Made by a program: the position numbers and the translations under genes. Positions 29,621-39,457 of a stretch of DNA of 64,000 nucleotides are shown piece after piece. The stretch is from the NCBI GenBank assembly GCA_964588955.1, contig CAZPQJ010000001.1:10155-74154 (forward strand), written 5' to 3'. How positions within the stretch are numbered: the stretch's first letter is position 1; every line of letters starts with the position of its first letter. The DNA is from an uncultured Gammaproteobacteria bacterium. Its GTDB lineage: Bacteria; Patescibacteriota; Patescibacteriia; UBA9934; CAMTUG01. The notes under the pieces are model-generated. The model had not been told where the DNA came from, made no database searches, and saw only the letters and a list, made by a program, of their open reading frames with translations.

Positions 29621-31144
29621 CTAGCGAGCGTACTCGACAACCCGTGTTTCGCGGATCACCGTTACTTTGATTTCTCCAGGATACTGCAGTTCCGATTCGA
29701 TTTTTTGAGCGATATTTTTGGCCAGCTGGAAGGCGCCGTAATCGTCCATGGCGGTTGGTTCTACGAACACCCGAATCTCGCGTCCGGCTTGAATGGCGTA
29801 GGCTTTTTCTACCCCGGTGAATCCGGTTGCGGCCGCTTCCAATTCTTCCAAGCGTTGGATGTATTGTTCGATGGTGTTCTTACGCGCGCCAGGTCGAGCG
29901 CCGGAAATGGCGTCGGCGGCTTTCACGATCACGCCTTCAAGGGTGCGAGGTTTGTCTTCGTGATGGGCAATCGACTGGTAGCACAAGTCTTCCGGGAAGC
30001 CGAACTTTTTCAAAATGTTGTAGCCAATCTCTGGGTGCGCCCCTTGCATGTCGTGGTCAACAGCTTTGCCGATGTCATGGAAGAGTCCGCCTTTTTTACA
30101 TGCGGCCACGTCGGCGCCGAGCTCTTCGGCAATCATTCCAGCCACGGTGGCTACTTCAATCGAGTGCTGCAAGGCGTTCTGACCGTAACTGGTGCGGAAC
30201 TTCATGCGACCCAAAATGGAGGTCAGTTTGGGATCAATCGAAGAGACGGGAATACCAAGAGCATACAACGCTTCATCTCCCGCCTTTTTGATTTCCACGG
30301 CCAAATTTTTCTTGGCTTCGTTGACGGCTTCTTCAATACGCGCCGGATGGATACGTCCGTCAGCGATGAGGGATTCAAGTGTACGGCGGCAGACCTGGCG
30401 ACGAATGGGGGAGAAGCCGCTGATCATGATCGACCCTGGAGTGTCGTCGACAATAATCTCCGTGCCAGTCAAATGCTCCAGCGCTTTGATGTTGCGTCCT
30501 TCTTTTCCAATAATGCGTCCTTTGAGTTCGTCGTTAGGCAATTCCACCATTGTGGTTGTGGCATCCACCACCACCGAACCAGCCATACGCATTACCGCGA
30601 GCGAAAGTACGTCGCGAGCCTTGGTTTGCAATTCCTCTTCACTTACGTCGGCTAATTTGCGAATACGGGAGTTAAGCGCCTCTTGCGAGGTTTCTTCTAC
30701 CATCTTCATGAGCCGCGCTTCGGCTTCCGTTTTACTAAGTCCAGCCACTTCCTCTAATTTTTTCGATTGCTCAGCGCGCAAGGCATCAACTTTGGCGCGT
30801 ACTTCCTCCACTTGTTTGGTCTTCTCTTCCAGTTTGGTTTTTTTGTCTTCAAACTCCAACAACTTGCCATCAAACATGGCTTCGCGTTTTTCCAAACGTG
30901 ATTGCGTTTCGGTTAGTTCTTTTCGGCGATTTGCCTCTTCCTTTTTGGCCTCCTCAACAACCTGGATCGCTTTCTCTTTGGCTTCCAGCATCATCTCCTG
31001 CTGTTTGGTTTTGGCTTCAGCTAAGATTTTCTCCGCTTTGGTCTCGGCTCCGGCCATCTTTTTTTCGGCAGCCAGTTTGCGGAAGAAGTATCCGCCGCCG
31101 GCGCCTAACAAAAGACCCAGGAGCGCGAATGCAATAGTAGGCAT
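29621..31144 (-). CDS. rny: ribonuclease Y
   Basis: 507 aa; N-terminal TM, coiled coil, KH domain (GKEGRNIKALE), HD domain (HSIEVA...LFHDIGK). Confidence 0.9.
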   Translation of the reverse strand: MPTIAFALLGLLLGAGGGYFFRKLAAEKKMAGAETKAEKILAEAKTKQQEMMLEAKEKAIQVVEEAKKEEANRRKELTETQSRLEKREAMFDGKLLEFEDKKTKLEEKTKQVEEVRAKVDALRAEQSKKLEEVAGLSKTEAEARLMKMVEETSQEALNSRIRKLADVSEEELQTKARDVLSLAVMRMAGSVVVDATTTMVELPNDELKGRIIGKEGRNIKALEHLTGTEIIVDDTPGSIMISGFSPIRRQVCRRTLESLIADGRIHPARIEEAVNEAKKNLAVEIKKAGDEALYALGIPVSSIDPKLTSILGRMKFRTSYGQNALQHSIEVATVAGMIAEELGADVAACKKGGLFHDIGKAVDHDMQGAHPEIGYNILKKFGFPEDLCYQSIAHHEDKPRTLEGVIVKAADAISGARPGARKNTIEQYIQRLEELEAAATGFTGVEKAYAIQAGREIRVFVEPTAMDDYGAFQLAKNIAQKIESELQYPGEIKVTVIRETRVVEYAR

Positions 31145-31408
31145 ACGTTTACGCTCTTGGGTTCAACACGAACAACGGCGATGGCTTATCGCTTGCGGTA
31201 CACAGTCGTCAATTGTCCAAAAATCGAGGAAAAATTGATCATACAGCCACATCCGTCTTGTTCGTCTGAACCCTTCGAGAATCAAGTTAAGTAATTCGAT
31301 GGCCTGACTCTACCACACCTGTTTATTTTCTTCAAATCTGGCCTTTTTGGCTGGAATTAGCCTTGAATGATTGAAAAACGAAACTTTTTTGTTCTTTTTA
31401 AAGAGTAG

Positions 31409-32122
31409 TTAGAAAAACTTCGGACCGTCTTTTTGCAATGCTTCCAGCGTTTGCGCGTTTTCCACTTTGTAGGAGCCGATGGAGGTGCGACGGAGTTCAG
31501 AGACATAACCGCCGCAGCCGAGTTTGGCGCCGAGGTCGCGGGCGATGGCACGGATGTAGGTGCCGGAGGAGACGCTTAGGTGGACGTGGATTGAAAGAGG
31601 AAAAGTAGGAGAAAGAGAGAAAGATGGAGAAAGTAGGGTGAACGAATAAATTGTCACCGTGCGGGGTTTGGCTTCGACCACTTTACCTTCGCGGGCGAGT
31701 TCGTACATTTTTTTGCCTTTAATTTTGATGGCGGCGTATTGGGGAGGAATTTGTTGGATTTCGCCGACGAAGGAGCGCATGGCTTCTTCGATCGCAACCA
31801 CCCCTAACCCCTCCTTGGAAAGGAGGGGAGCGCCCGGGGTCGCAGTGATTACTCCCTCCGGATCATCCGTCGTCGAGGTTGCTCCAAGAACAAAAGTGGC
31901 TTCGTACTCTTTCGACAATCCAACAAACTCAAACAACCGCGTGGTCGCTTTGCCGCCGACGGCCACAATCAACAAGCCAGTGGCAAACGGGTCGAGCGTG
32001 CCCGCATGGCCAACACGGCGTTGCCCGGTTACGCGCCGCACGGCATCGACCACGTCATGCGAAGTCATGCCGGCGGGTTTGTCGATCAAGAGAAATCCGC
32101 TAGGTTCCATAGTGGCATTCAT
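31409..32122 (-). CDS. truB: tRNA pseudouridine(55) synthase TruB
   Basis: 237 aa; GFLLIDKPAGMTSHDVV...HAGTLDP catalytic-Asp motif; carries a low-complexity insertion. Confidence 0.85.
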   Translation of the reverse strand: MNATMEPSGFLLIDKPAGMTSHDVVDAVRRVTGQRRVGHAGTLDPFATGLLIVAVGGKATTRLFEFVGLSKEYEATFVLGATSTTDDPEGVITATPGAPLLSKEGLGVVAIEEAMRSFVGEIQQIPPQYAAIKIKGKKMYELAREGKVVEAKPRTVTIYSFTLLSPSFSLSPTFPLSIHVHLSVSSGTYIRAIARDLGAKLGCGGYVSELRRTSIGSYKVENAQTLEALQKDGPKFF

Positions 32123-32150
32123 GTTATCATAATCCTATCATCCTTTTTCT

Positions 32151-32624
32151 ATGCGCAAGATTCTTATTGCTCTGCGACACTTGGATCACTTCACCATCGT
32201 GGTGATGTTGGTCGCTATCGTCACGGTCATCTTTTTTGCCGTGCAGCCGTGGAAAAGGCTGACGTCGTTGCGCGACGAGCGTCGAGCGGAAGATGTTCGC
32301 GGCCTTTTGGCGAGTTTGGTGGAGTACCGTGCGACCCACAACGGGACACTTCCGGCGGCGATGGATACGGATCCTAACACCTATCAGCTCCTGGGCACGG
32401 AAACGTTCGGTTGCGAACAACGGTGTTCCGCGGCTGTTACCCTGAATGCCTGTGTGGATCTTTCTTCCGCGGTCGCTGAGACGGGTTTACAAAATGTGCC
32501 GACCGATCCCGTGGTCGGATCGGATTTTATGACCGGCTATGCGGTCAATGTAACAGTTGATGGCCGCCTGGCGGTGGTGGCTTGCGAAAACGAAAATGGT
32601 CAAAGCATCGAAGTGCGGGAATAA
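32151..32624 (+). CDS. hypothetical membrane-anchored protein
   Basis: 157 aa; single N-terminal TM then a soluble domain with 4 Cys. Confidence 0.4.
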   Translation: MRKILIALRHLDHFTIVVMLVAIVTVIFFAVQPWKRLTSLRDERRAEDVRGLLASLVEYRATHNGTLPAAMDTDPNTYQLLGTETFGCEQRCSAAVTLNACVDLSSAVAETGLQNVPTDPVVGSDFMTGYAVNVTVDGRLAVVACENENGQSIEVRE

Positions 32625-32661
32625 ACGTCCGCATTGACGAATCGCTCTTTGAAGACTACTA

Positions 32662-34695
32662 TTGCGTGGCATGAATATTTCTGAACTTGCCCGCAGATTG
32701 CGCGTCCCAACAGACGACTTACGAGCCAAATTGCCTGAGCTCGGTTTTAGCATTGGACGCCACGCCATTAAAATCAACGACCGTGAGGCCCAACGCATTA
32801 TGGAAGCCTGGGCAGACTATCAGCGCCGGGCACGTTTGACTGCCAAGCGCGACGAGCAGATGGCGCGGGTGGAAGCGCAGCGCAGCGGGGAGAAGCCGGT
32901 GTTGGAAAAGAAGGTCACCTTGCCGGCAGTAATTTCCGTGCGCGATTTTGCTGCCAAATTGGATTTGCCAATTGCCAAAGTGATGCAGGAGTTGTTGCGT
33001 AACGGCATTTTGGCTTCGCTTAATGAACGCATCGATTACGACACTGCGGCCATTGTTTCGGAAGATTTGGGTTACGAAGCGTTGAAGGAAGACGCCTCCA
33101 TCGACACTGAAGCCGATGACGCGGGTAGTAAGCGCCTGGAAGACATGTTGCAAGGCGAAGAAAAGTCGCTCTTGGTTTCTCGTCCGCCGGTAATTGTGGT
33201 GATGGGTCACGTTGACCACGGAAAAACCAAATTGCTCGACGCCATTCGTTCGGCCAACGTGATGGATACCGAAGCCGGTGGCATCACGCAGCATATTGGT
33301 GCGTACCAGGTGGTGCGTAAAGATAAGTTGATTACCTTCATCGATACTCCGGGTCATGAAGCCTTCACGGTGATGCGATCACGTGGTGCCAAAGTCGCCG
33401 ACATTGCCATTTTGGTGGTGGCGGCGGACGACGGTGTGCAACCACAAACGAAAGAAGCGGTGGATATTATCAAAGCCGCTGGATTGCCGTATGTGGTGGC
33501 CATCAACAAAATTGATAAACCCGATGCCAACGTGGAGAAGGTCAAAGGACAGTTGGCAGAACTCAATTTGATTCCGGAAGAATGGGGTGGAAAAACGTTG
33601 ATTGTTCCGGTGTCTGCCAAGGCTGGCACGGGCATTGATGAATTGCTCGACATGTTGCTCTTGGTGAACGACATGGAAAAAGAAAAGATCGCCGCTAACC
33701 CCGACCGCCGTGCCGCCGGAACGATTATCGATTCGCATATCGACAAAGGTGCTGGTCCTGTGGCCACGATTTTGGTGCAATCGGGTACGTTGAAACTCGG
33801 CGACGTGATTGGCGTGCGTGGAGCCATGTATGGCCGCGTCCGTTTCATGAAAGATTGGCGCGGGGAGTCGGTGAACGAAGCGCCGCCGTCGATGCCAGTG
33901 GAAGTGTTGGGATTCAAAGCCGCTCCGGCCGTGGGAGATGTGCTAGAGGTGCCGGAAGACGTGAAGGCACTCGAAAAAATGAAAGACAAACCAATGCGTA
34001 CCGGCGTGGCTCAAACCGTAACCAGCCGTCCGACCGCTGCGGAAAACAAAGAGGGTAAACAATTCCTGAATGTGATGGTACGTGCCGACGTGCTTGGATC
34101 GTTGGAAGCCTTTTTGGGTATGTTGGAAAAGATTAAACATGAAGCGGTGGGAGTAGAAGTGGTGGCCAAAGGGCTTGGTAACATCACCGACGCTGATGTC
34201 TTGAAAGCGGAAGCGACGCATTCGGTGATGTACGCTTTCGGAGTGCGTCCATCGACGACCGCGGAAGAGCTTTCCCGCGACAAGAATGTGGAAATTGTCC
34301 AAAACGACATTATTTATAAATTGTTCGAAGACGTGTTGGTACGTTTGCAGAAAATGTTGCCAAGCGAAGAGATTCTCACAGAGATGGGAAAAATCGAAGT
34401 TTTGGCCGTCTTTAAGAAAACAGACAAAGGCGGTATTATTGGCGGGAAGGTGCTCGGCGACAAAGTGCGTGCTCCGGCCAAGATGCGTATTTTGCGCGCC
34501 GGTGGCGTGGTTGGCGAAGGGGAGATTATTCGCCTGCAGGCGGCCAAGCAAGCGGTGAAAGAAGTCTCTGGTGGGAGCGAATGCGGAGTCGAATTTACTG
34601 GACGCACCAAGATTGAAGTCGGGGACATTTTGGAAACGTACACGGAAGAGTCGAAGACGCGTATCTTGAAGATCGAAGGGGTCGACTTGCGCTAG
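32662..34695 (+). CDS. infB: translation initiation factor IF-2
   Basis: 677 aa; G-domain VIVVMGHVDHGKTKLLD, DTPGHEAF, NKIDK; C-terminal beta-barrel domains. Confidence 0.9.
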   Translation: MRGMNISELARRLRVPTDDLRAKLPELGFSIGRHAIKINDREAQRIMEAWADYQRRARLTAKRDEQMARVEAQRSGEKPVLEKKVTLPAVISVRDFAAKLDLPIAKVMQELLRNGILASLNERIDYDTAAIVSEDLGYEALKEDASIDTEADDAGSKRLEDMLQGEEKSLLVSRPPVIVVMGHVDHGKTKLLDAIRSANVMDTEAGGITQHIGAYQVVRKDKLITFIDTPGHEAFTVMRSRGAKVADIAILVVAADDGVQPQTKEAVDIIKAAGLPYVVAINKIDKPDANVEKVKGQLAELNLIPEEWGGKTLIVPVSAKAGTGIDELLDMLLLVNDMEKEKIAANPDRRAAGTIIDSHIDKGAGPVATILVQSGTLKLGDVIGVRGAMYGRVRFMKDWRGESVNEAPPSMPVEVLGFKAAPAVGDVLEVPEDVKALEKMKDKPMRTGVAQTVTSRPTAAENKEGKQFLNVMVRADVLGSLEAFLGMLEKIKHEAVGVEVVAKGLGNITDADVLKAEATHSVMYAFGVRPSTTAEELSRDKNVEIVQNDIIYKLFEDVLVRLQKMLPSEEILTEMGKIEVLAVFKKTDKGGIIGGKVLGDKVRAPAKMRILRAGGVVGEGEIIRLQAAKQAVKEVSGGSECGVEFTGRTKIEVGDILETYTEESKTRILKIEGVDLR

Positions 34696-34774
34696 TGGCT
34701 GAGTGATTAGTGGCTCGTGGTTAGTAGCTTGTTGAAGCACTAACATCTAGCCACTAGCCACTCAATACTTTTCT

Positions 34775-35086
34775 ATGGATTTCACTCAAGACACGTTCGA
34801 TAGTCACGTTCTTCAATCCGCCACTCCCGTGATTGTGGATTTTTGGGCTCCTTGGTGCGGGCCGTGCAAAGTCATGTCACCAATTGTCGACGAGGTTGCT
34901 GGCGAGATGGGCGGCAAGCTCACTATCGGCAAAGTGAACGTCGACGAGAACTCCGGACTCGCGCAACGTTTCAATGTTTTGTCGATCCCTACGTTTATTG
35001 TGTTCAAGGGCGGACAAGTTGTTGATCAGTTTTCTGGTTCGATGAGTAAAGACGCATTTAAGGCGCGGGTGGAGAAACATCTTTAA
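34775..35086 (+). CDS. trxA: thioredoxin
   Basis: 103 aa; WAPWCGPCK active site. Confidence 0.9.
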   Translation: MDFTQDTFDSHVLQSATPVIVDFWAPWCGPCKVMSPIVDEVAGEMGGKLTIGKVNVDENSGLAQRFNVLSIPTFIVFKGGQVVDQFSGSMSKDAFKARVEKHL

Positions 35087-35233
35087 TAAAAAGACTAAAA
35101 ACTCATCTTGAAAAGACTAAACAAATTCTAAATGTCTAAAATCTAAACCGGTTTAAACCTTTTAGGATTTAGTGACTGCGAGTTTGTTTGGTTCTTAGAT
35201 TTTAAGATTTTAGTTTTTTTACGACAAGCAACT

Positions 35234-36163
35234 ATGTCTGAAAAACTCGTGATTATTGGTTCCGGTCCTGCTGGTTGGACAGCCGCCTTATATGCCGCGC
35301 GTGCCGAGCTTAAACCGGTGGTGATTGAAGGGCGAGAACCAGGCGGACAATTGATGGGCACCACGGACGTGGAAAATTTCCCGGGTTTTCCTAACGGTGT
35401 GTTAGGCCCTGAACTCATGGAGATCATGAAAAAACAAGCGGTGCGATTTGGTACGCATGTCGTGAGTGATTTTGTTGAGTCTGTGGACTTCTCGACGCGC
35501 CCCTTCAAGCTGAAAACAACGAGTAATGGAGAGTTCGAAGCAGAGTCCGTGATTATTGCCACGGGTGCCGCGGCCAAGTGGTTGAACGTGCCGGGCGAAG
35601 ACAAGCTCAAAGGGCACGGTGTTTCCGCCTGCGCCACCTGCGATGGATTTTTCTTTAAGGAGAAAGAGATCGCCGTAGTCGGTGGGGGAGACGCGGCCAT
35701 GGAGGAAGCCAACTTTTTGACTCGCTTTGCCAAGAAGGTACATGTCTTCGTGCGTAGCGATGTGTTGCGCGCATCGAAAATCATGCAGGAGCGAACGATG
35801 AAGAATCCCAAGATCGAATTTGTCTGGAATTCAGAAGTGAAAGAAGTGCTGGGAGAAGAAAAAGTGACCGGGCTCAAGGTCTTCAACAATAAAACCAACG
35901 AGACCCACGAAATGCCAATTGATGGATTATTCGTCGCCATTGGTCACGAGCCCAACACGGAAATTTTCAAAGGCAAGATTGAACTCGACGTCAAAAATTA
36001 CGTCGTTGTGCAATCTGGATCAACCAAAACGAATGTCGAAGGTGTCTTCGCTGCCGGCGACGTCGCTGATCATGTCTATCGTCAAGCTATTAGCGCTGCT
36101 GGCACCGGCTGCATGGCCGCCCTCGACGCGGAGAGATATTTATCCAGTAGGGACAATTCATGA
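35234..36163 (+). CDS. trxB: thioredoxin-disulfide reductase
   Basis: 309 aa; FAD site GSGPAGWTAA, redox CATC, NADPH site GGGDAAMEEA. Confidence 0.9.
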   Translation: MSEKLVIIGSGPAGWTAALYAARAELKPVVIEGREPGGQLMGTTDVENFPGFPNGVLGPELMEIMKKQAVRFGTHVVSDFVESVDFSTRPFKLKTTSNGEFEAESVIIATGAAAKWLNVPGEDKLKGHGVSACATCDGFFFKEKEIAVVGGGDAAMEEANFLTRFAKKVHVFVRSDVLRASKIMQERTMKNPKIEFVWNSEVKEVLGEEKVTGLKVFNNKTNETHEMPIDGLFVAIGHEPNTEIFKGKIELDVKNYVVVQSGSTKTNVEGVFAAGDVADHVYRQAISAAGTGCMAALDAERYLSSRDNS

Positions 36164-36262
36164 ACCTGCCTGCCGGTAGGCAAGTTGTCCAAGATTCTCT
36201 TGATGTAAATTGTTGACGCCCTGGTGGAGTTCCCACCAGGGCGTTCGGCTTGAGAAGAGGTC

Positions 36263-36541
36263 TCACACGGTGAGAGCCCAGTAGATCACGTCGTACCTCG
36301 GTGCGAGTGCCCCTTGGCTGTGCTGGCGAATGACGATCAGGACGTCCGGCGGGTGGGGTTCACTAGCCGGGGGAAGGAGTTCCCCCACGCACTTCGCGGT
36401 TCCCAGTTCGACCGCGATCCAGTCCTTGCGGCCGTATTTGAGCCAGACCTGGATCGTCGATCTGTCCGCTCGCGCGACGCCGATGGGGATGTAGCCGACG
36501 TCTCGGCGCCAGAGCCGAATCCGGCGCACGTCTTCATCCAT
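36263..36541 (-). CDS. hypothetical small protein, high-GC (doubtful)
   Basis: 92 aa ORF in a GC-rich patch with overlapping ORFs on both strands. Confidence 0.2.
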   Translation of the reverse strand: MDEDVRRIRLWRRDVGYIPIGVARADRSTIQVWLKYGRKDWIAVELGTAKCVGELLPPASEPHPPDVLIVIRQHSQGALAPRYDVIYWALTV

Positions 36542-36767
36542 CGTGGGCTCAGGTAGCTGGAGTGACTTGGCGAAGCCGCGGCCCCCGAAGATCGTTTCGC
36601 CGACTTGCCGCAGGCCGTCGGGAAGTCGACGACGTATGTGTATAACACGTGTTCTTCTTCTGCGTCAATTGATCGCTTGTACTCGATCACATATTTGGAT
36701 TATGGTTTACGTGAGAACCCGCCCGGAGCAATGCTCGACAGGCGGGTTTTGGTGAGTGTAGAAGTGT

Positions 36768-37595
36768 TCATTCCGGTTTCTGAAGACAGTAGACTTCGGT
36801 TGTCCTACTCCGCCGAGGGTCAGCACGTTCGACTGTGGCCAGCTTGACGGGGTCACCCATTGCTTGAGCCTGAGTGATCATTGCATCGTACATTGCAACA
36901 TCAAAGAAGACATGATCTCCCAGATCCACAAATCCAATTTCTGCCGCAGGATTGTATTTGAACAAGCCCATGAGGATCATCATCCCGCCCGGACGCAGAC
37001 AGTCGGCGAAGGCGTGCAAATCGCGTGACGTTGCGTAGCCGTTAAGACAGAGAACCATGTCGACAGGATGACGGTCATTCCTTTTGAGTAGATCCAAAGC
37101 CTGTCGATGGCTCCCTACCGACATCCCCACATTGGCGCGGTTGAGCCGAAGCATGCGCGCTTGGGTAACTCCCATAGCTACCTGTGACACGTCGTAGGCG
37201 ATGAAGCCTGTCTTGTTAAATTCGCTGGCCAAGTATCCGAGGGGGAGTCCGGTGCCGCAGGCGGCATCGAGCACCAAGCGCGGATGGTGGTGGCGGATTT
37301 TAGCCGCGCAATAGGCGATGAATTCGGCCGTGCGACGGCGTGTCCTCGAGTGCGCATGCACGAGATCGTTTTTTGCTCCAACATGGTCGTAGATGGCCGC
37401 GAGGACTTTTTCAGGATTGGGCATGAGCGGTGCCAATGCAAGGAGCTCATGGGTTTCTCTGAACACCTCGGCCGGATCGCACGTATCCGTATTGAGGTTG
37501 CCGAATAGCCAGCGCCATTGGGCCATGATGTAGCGGGTGATTGCCGTCACTTCGTTGTGATTAAACAGAGGGGTTGTGTTCGACACGGTGTTCAC
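36768..37595 (-). CDS. class I SAM-dependent methyltransferase
   Basis: 275 aa; motif I LDAACGTGLP and Rossmann-fold pattern. Confidence 0.65.
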   Translation of the reverse strand: MNTVSNTTPLFNHNEVTAITRYIMAQWRWLFGNLNTDTCDPAEVFRETHELLALAPLMPNPEKVLAAIYDHVGAKNDLVHAHSRTRRRTAEFIAYCAAKIRHHHPRLVLDAACGTGLPLGYLASEFNKTGFIAYDVSQVAMGVTQARMLRLNRANVGMSVGSHRQALDLLKRNDRHPVDMVLCLNGYATSRDLHAFADCLRPGGMMILMGLFKYNPAAEIGFVDLGDHVFFDVAMYDAMITQAQAMGDPVKLATVERADPRRSRTTEVYCLQKPE

Positions 37596-37662
37596 CAGGG
37601 TTGTTGCCGATCATGAGCGGTCGGCGTATCCTTACTAACACATCTTTTTAAGCCCATCAACT

Positions 37663-38874
37663 ATGCAAAATCCTTTCGATAACGCCCTCAACCAAATCAA
37701 CCGTGCTGCCGTCCTGTCCACCTTCGATCCAGACTTGCTAGAGTTGATGCGTCACCCCATGCGTCAGGTGAGGATTTCTATCCCCGTGCGTATGGATGAC
37801 GGTTCCCTCAAGGTCTTCGAAGGCTACCGTGTGCAACACAACAACTGGCGCGGACCGTTCAAGGGCGGCATTCGTTATCATCAAGACACCAACATCGATG
37901 AGGTTAAAGCTTTAGCATTGTGGATGGCGATTAAGTGCGCGGTGGCCAACATTCCCATGGGCGGTGGCAAAGGGGGAGTCACCGTTAATCCCAAAGAGTT
38001 GTCCGTGGGCGAGCTAGAACGGTTGACCCGTGGCTGGGCGCGGATGATGAAACCGGTGATTGGACCAGAAGTTGATGTGCCCGCACCAGACGTGAACACC
38101 ACGCCGCGAGAGATGGATTGGATTGCCGATGAGTTTGGGCATCCGGCGGTGGTGACAGGCAAAACTATTTCAGCAGGTGGATCAGAAGGTCGCGGTACGG
38201 CCACAGCGCAAGGCGGATTTTATGTGCTCGAAGCTCTGCGTGAACGACTGTTTTTGGATCCGGAAACAAGCACGGTGGCCATTCAAGGGTTCGGCAATGC
38301 TGGCCAGCATTTTGCCACGCTGTGTCATCGCCATGGCTACAAAGTGGTCGCGGTTTCTGATTCCTCCGGCGCTATTCATAGCGAGGCGGGACTCGACGTG
38401 CCATCGGTCATTGCTCACAAACACACAACCGACTCGGTACAAGGTTTTCCTGGAAGTCGCGATATCACGAACGATGAATTAATCGCCTTAGAAGTGGGCG
38501 TGTTGGTGCCAGCGGCGCTCGAGAATGTGATCACTGCGGAAAACGTCGCGGGAGTGAAAGCTAAGGTGGTGCTCGAGCTTGCTAACGGTCCAACGACTCC
38601 GGAAGCGGATGATGTATTGTTCGGCAAAGGCGTCACCGTAATCCCCGACGTGCTGGCGAACTCCGGCGGAGTCACGGTGAGCTACTTCGAGTGGGATCAG
38701 AATATGAAAAACGAGAAGTGGACGGAAGAAGAAGTTTTTGCCAAGTTGAAGCCCATGATGATGGAAGCAGCGGAAGGGATTTGGCACAAAAAAGAGTCCC
38801 TCAAAACCGACATGCGCCGCGCGGCTTTCGTGGTCGCGCTTGAGCGGATTCAATCAGCGATGCCGAAGATGTAA
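37663..38874 (+). CDS. gdh: Glu/Leu/Phe/Val dehydrogenase family, probably glutamate dehydrogenase
   Basis: 403 aa; KGGIRYH...IPMGGGKGG catalytic-Lys motif; GFGNAGQ NAD(P)-binding site. Confidence 0.85.
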   Translation: MQNPFDNALNQINRAAVLSTFDPDLLELMRHPMRQVRISIPVRMDDGSLKVFEGYRVQHNNWRGPFKGGIRYHQDTNIDEVKALALWMAIKCAVANIPMGGGKGGVTVNPKELSVGELERLTRGWARMMKPVIGPEVDVPAPDVNTTPREMDWIADEFGHPAVVTGKTISAGGSEGRGTATAQGGFYVLEALRERLFLDPETSTVAIQGFGNAGQHFATLCHRHGYKVVAVSDSSGAIHSEAGLDVPSVIAHKHTTDSVQGFPGSRDITNDELIALEVGVLVPAALENVITAENVAGVKAKVVLELANGPTTPEADDVLFGKGVTVIPDVLANSGGVTVSYFEWDQNMKNEKWTEEEVFAKLKPMMMEAAEGIWHKKESLKTDMRRAAFVVALERIQSAMPKM

Positions 38875-38978
38875 GCGGTTATAAAAGTATAGGCGGGGCC
38901 ACTGTGCCCCGCTTTATGTATATTCGAAGACCGCACCTGGAGAGTGGGCCTTCGAGTTGAAGGCCGACCAGATGCGGT

Positions 38979-39299
38979 CTAGCTGGGGATGACGCAGTCT
39001 TCGTCGACTTCGCCATCGCAGTTGTTGTCGACCTCGTCGCAGTACTCGGTGGCGCCGGGGTAGACCGAGCGGTCGAGGTCGTCGCAGTCCTCTTCTTCAT
39101 CTTCATCGGCGGGCGGACGGTAGCATGCACCATCATCCACGATGTATCCGTCCCCATCTTCATCCGAGCAGATCGGTTCGCCCAGCCAGGCGACGCATCC
39201 GCTGAGGTTGGATACCGCGAACAGGAAAAAAATCAGAATCATGCACATGTGCGTTCCTAGGTGGAGAGGAAATATAGCATAAAAACTCGGTTTTGTCAA
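38979..39299 (-). CDS. small secreted lipoprotein with Cys/Asp-rich putative metal-binding motif
   Basis: Signal plus lipobox (..FAVSNLSGC); DCDDLDRSVYPGATEYCDEVDNNCDGEVDEDC matches the D-C-D-D...P-G-A-x-E-x-C-D-x-x-D-N-(D/N)-C-D-G pattern; high-GC codons; start may be the Met at 39248 or 39242. Confidence 0.5.
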   Translation of the reverse strand: MTKPSFYAIFPLHLGTHMCMILIFFLFAVSNLSGCVAWLGEPICSDEDGDGYIVDDGACYRPPADEDEEEDCDDLDRSVYPGATEYCDEVDNNCDGEVDEDCVIPS

Positions 39300-39457
39300 C
39301 CCTCCTTGGCTAGTTTTAGCCCTATTTTACTGATTGCGATGCCTCAGGATTGTGGTAAACTTGTTTGGTTCCTGCCGGATCCGTTTTCCGTTTTTCCCTT
39401 TTCCGGTTAGTATTTGTTTGGAACTTGGTGCTTAGTATTTAGTCTTTTCGCCCCGCT

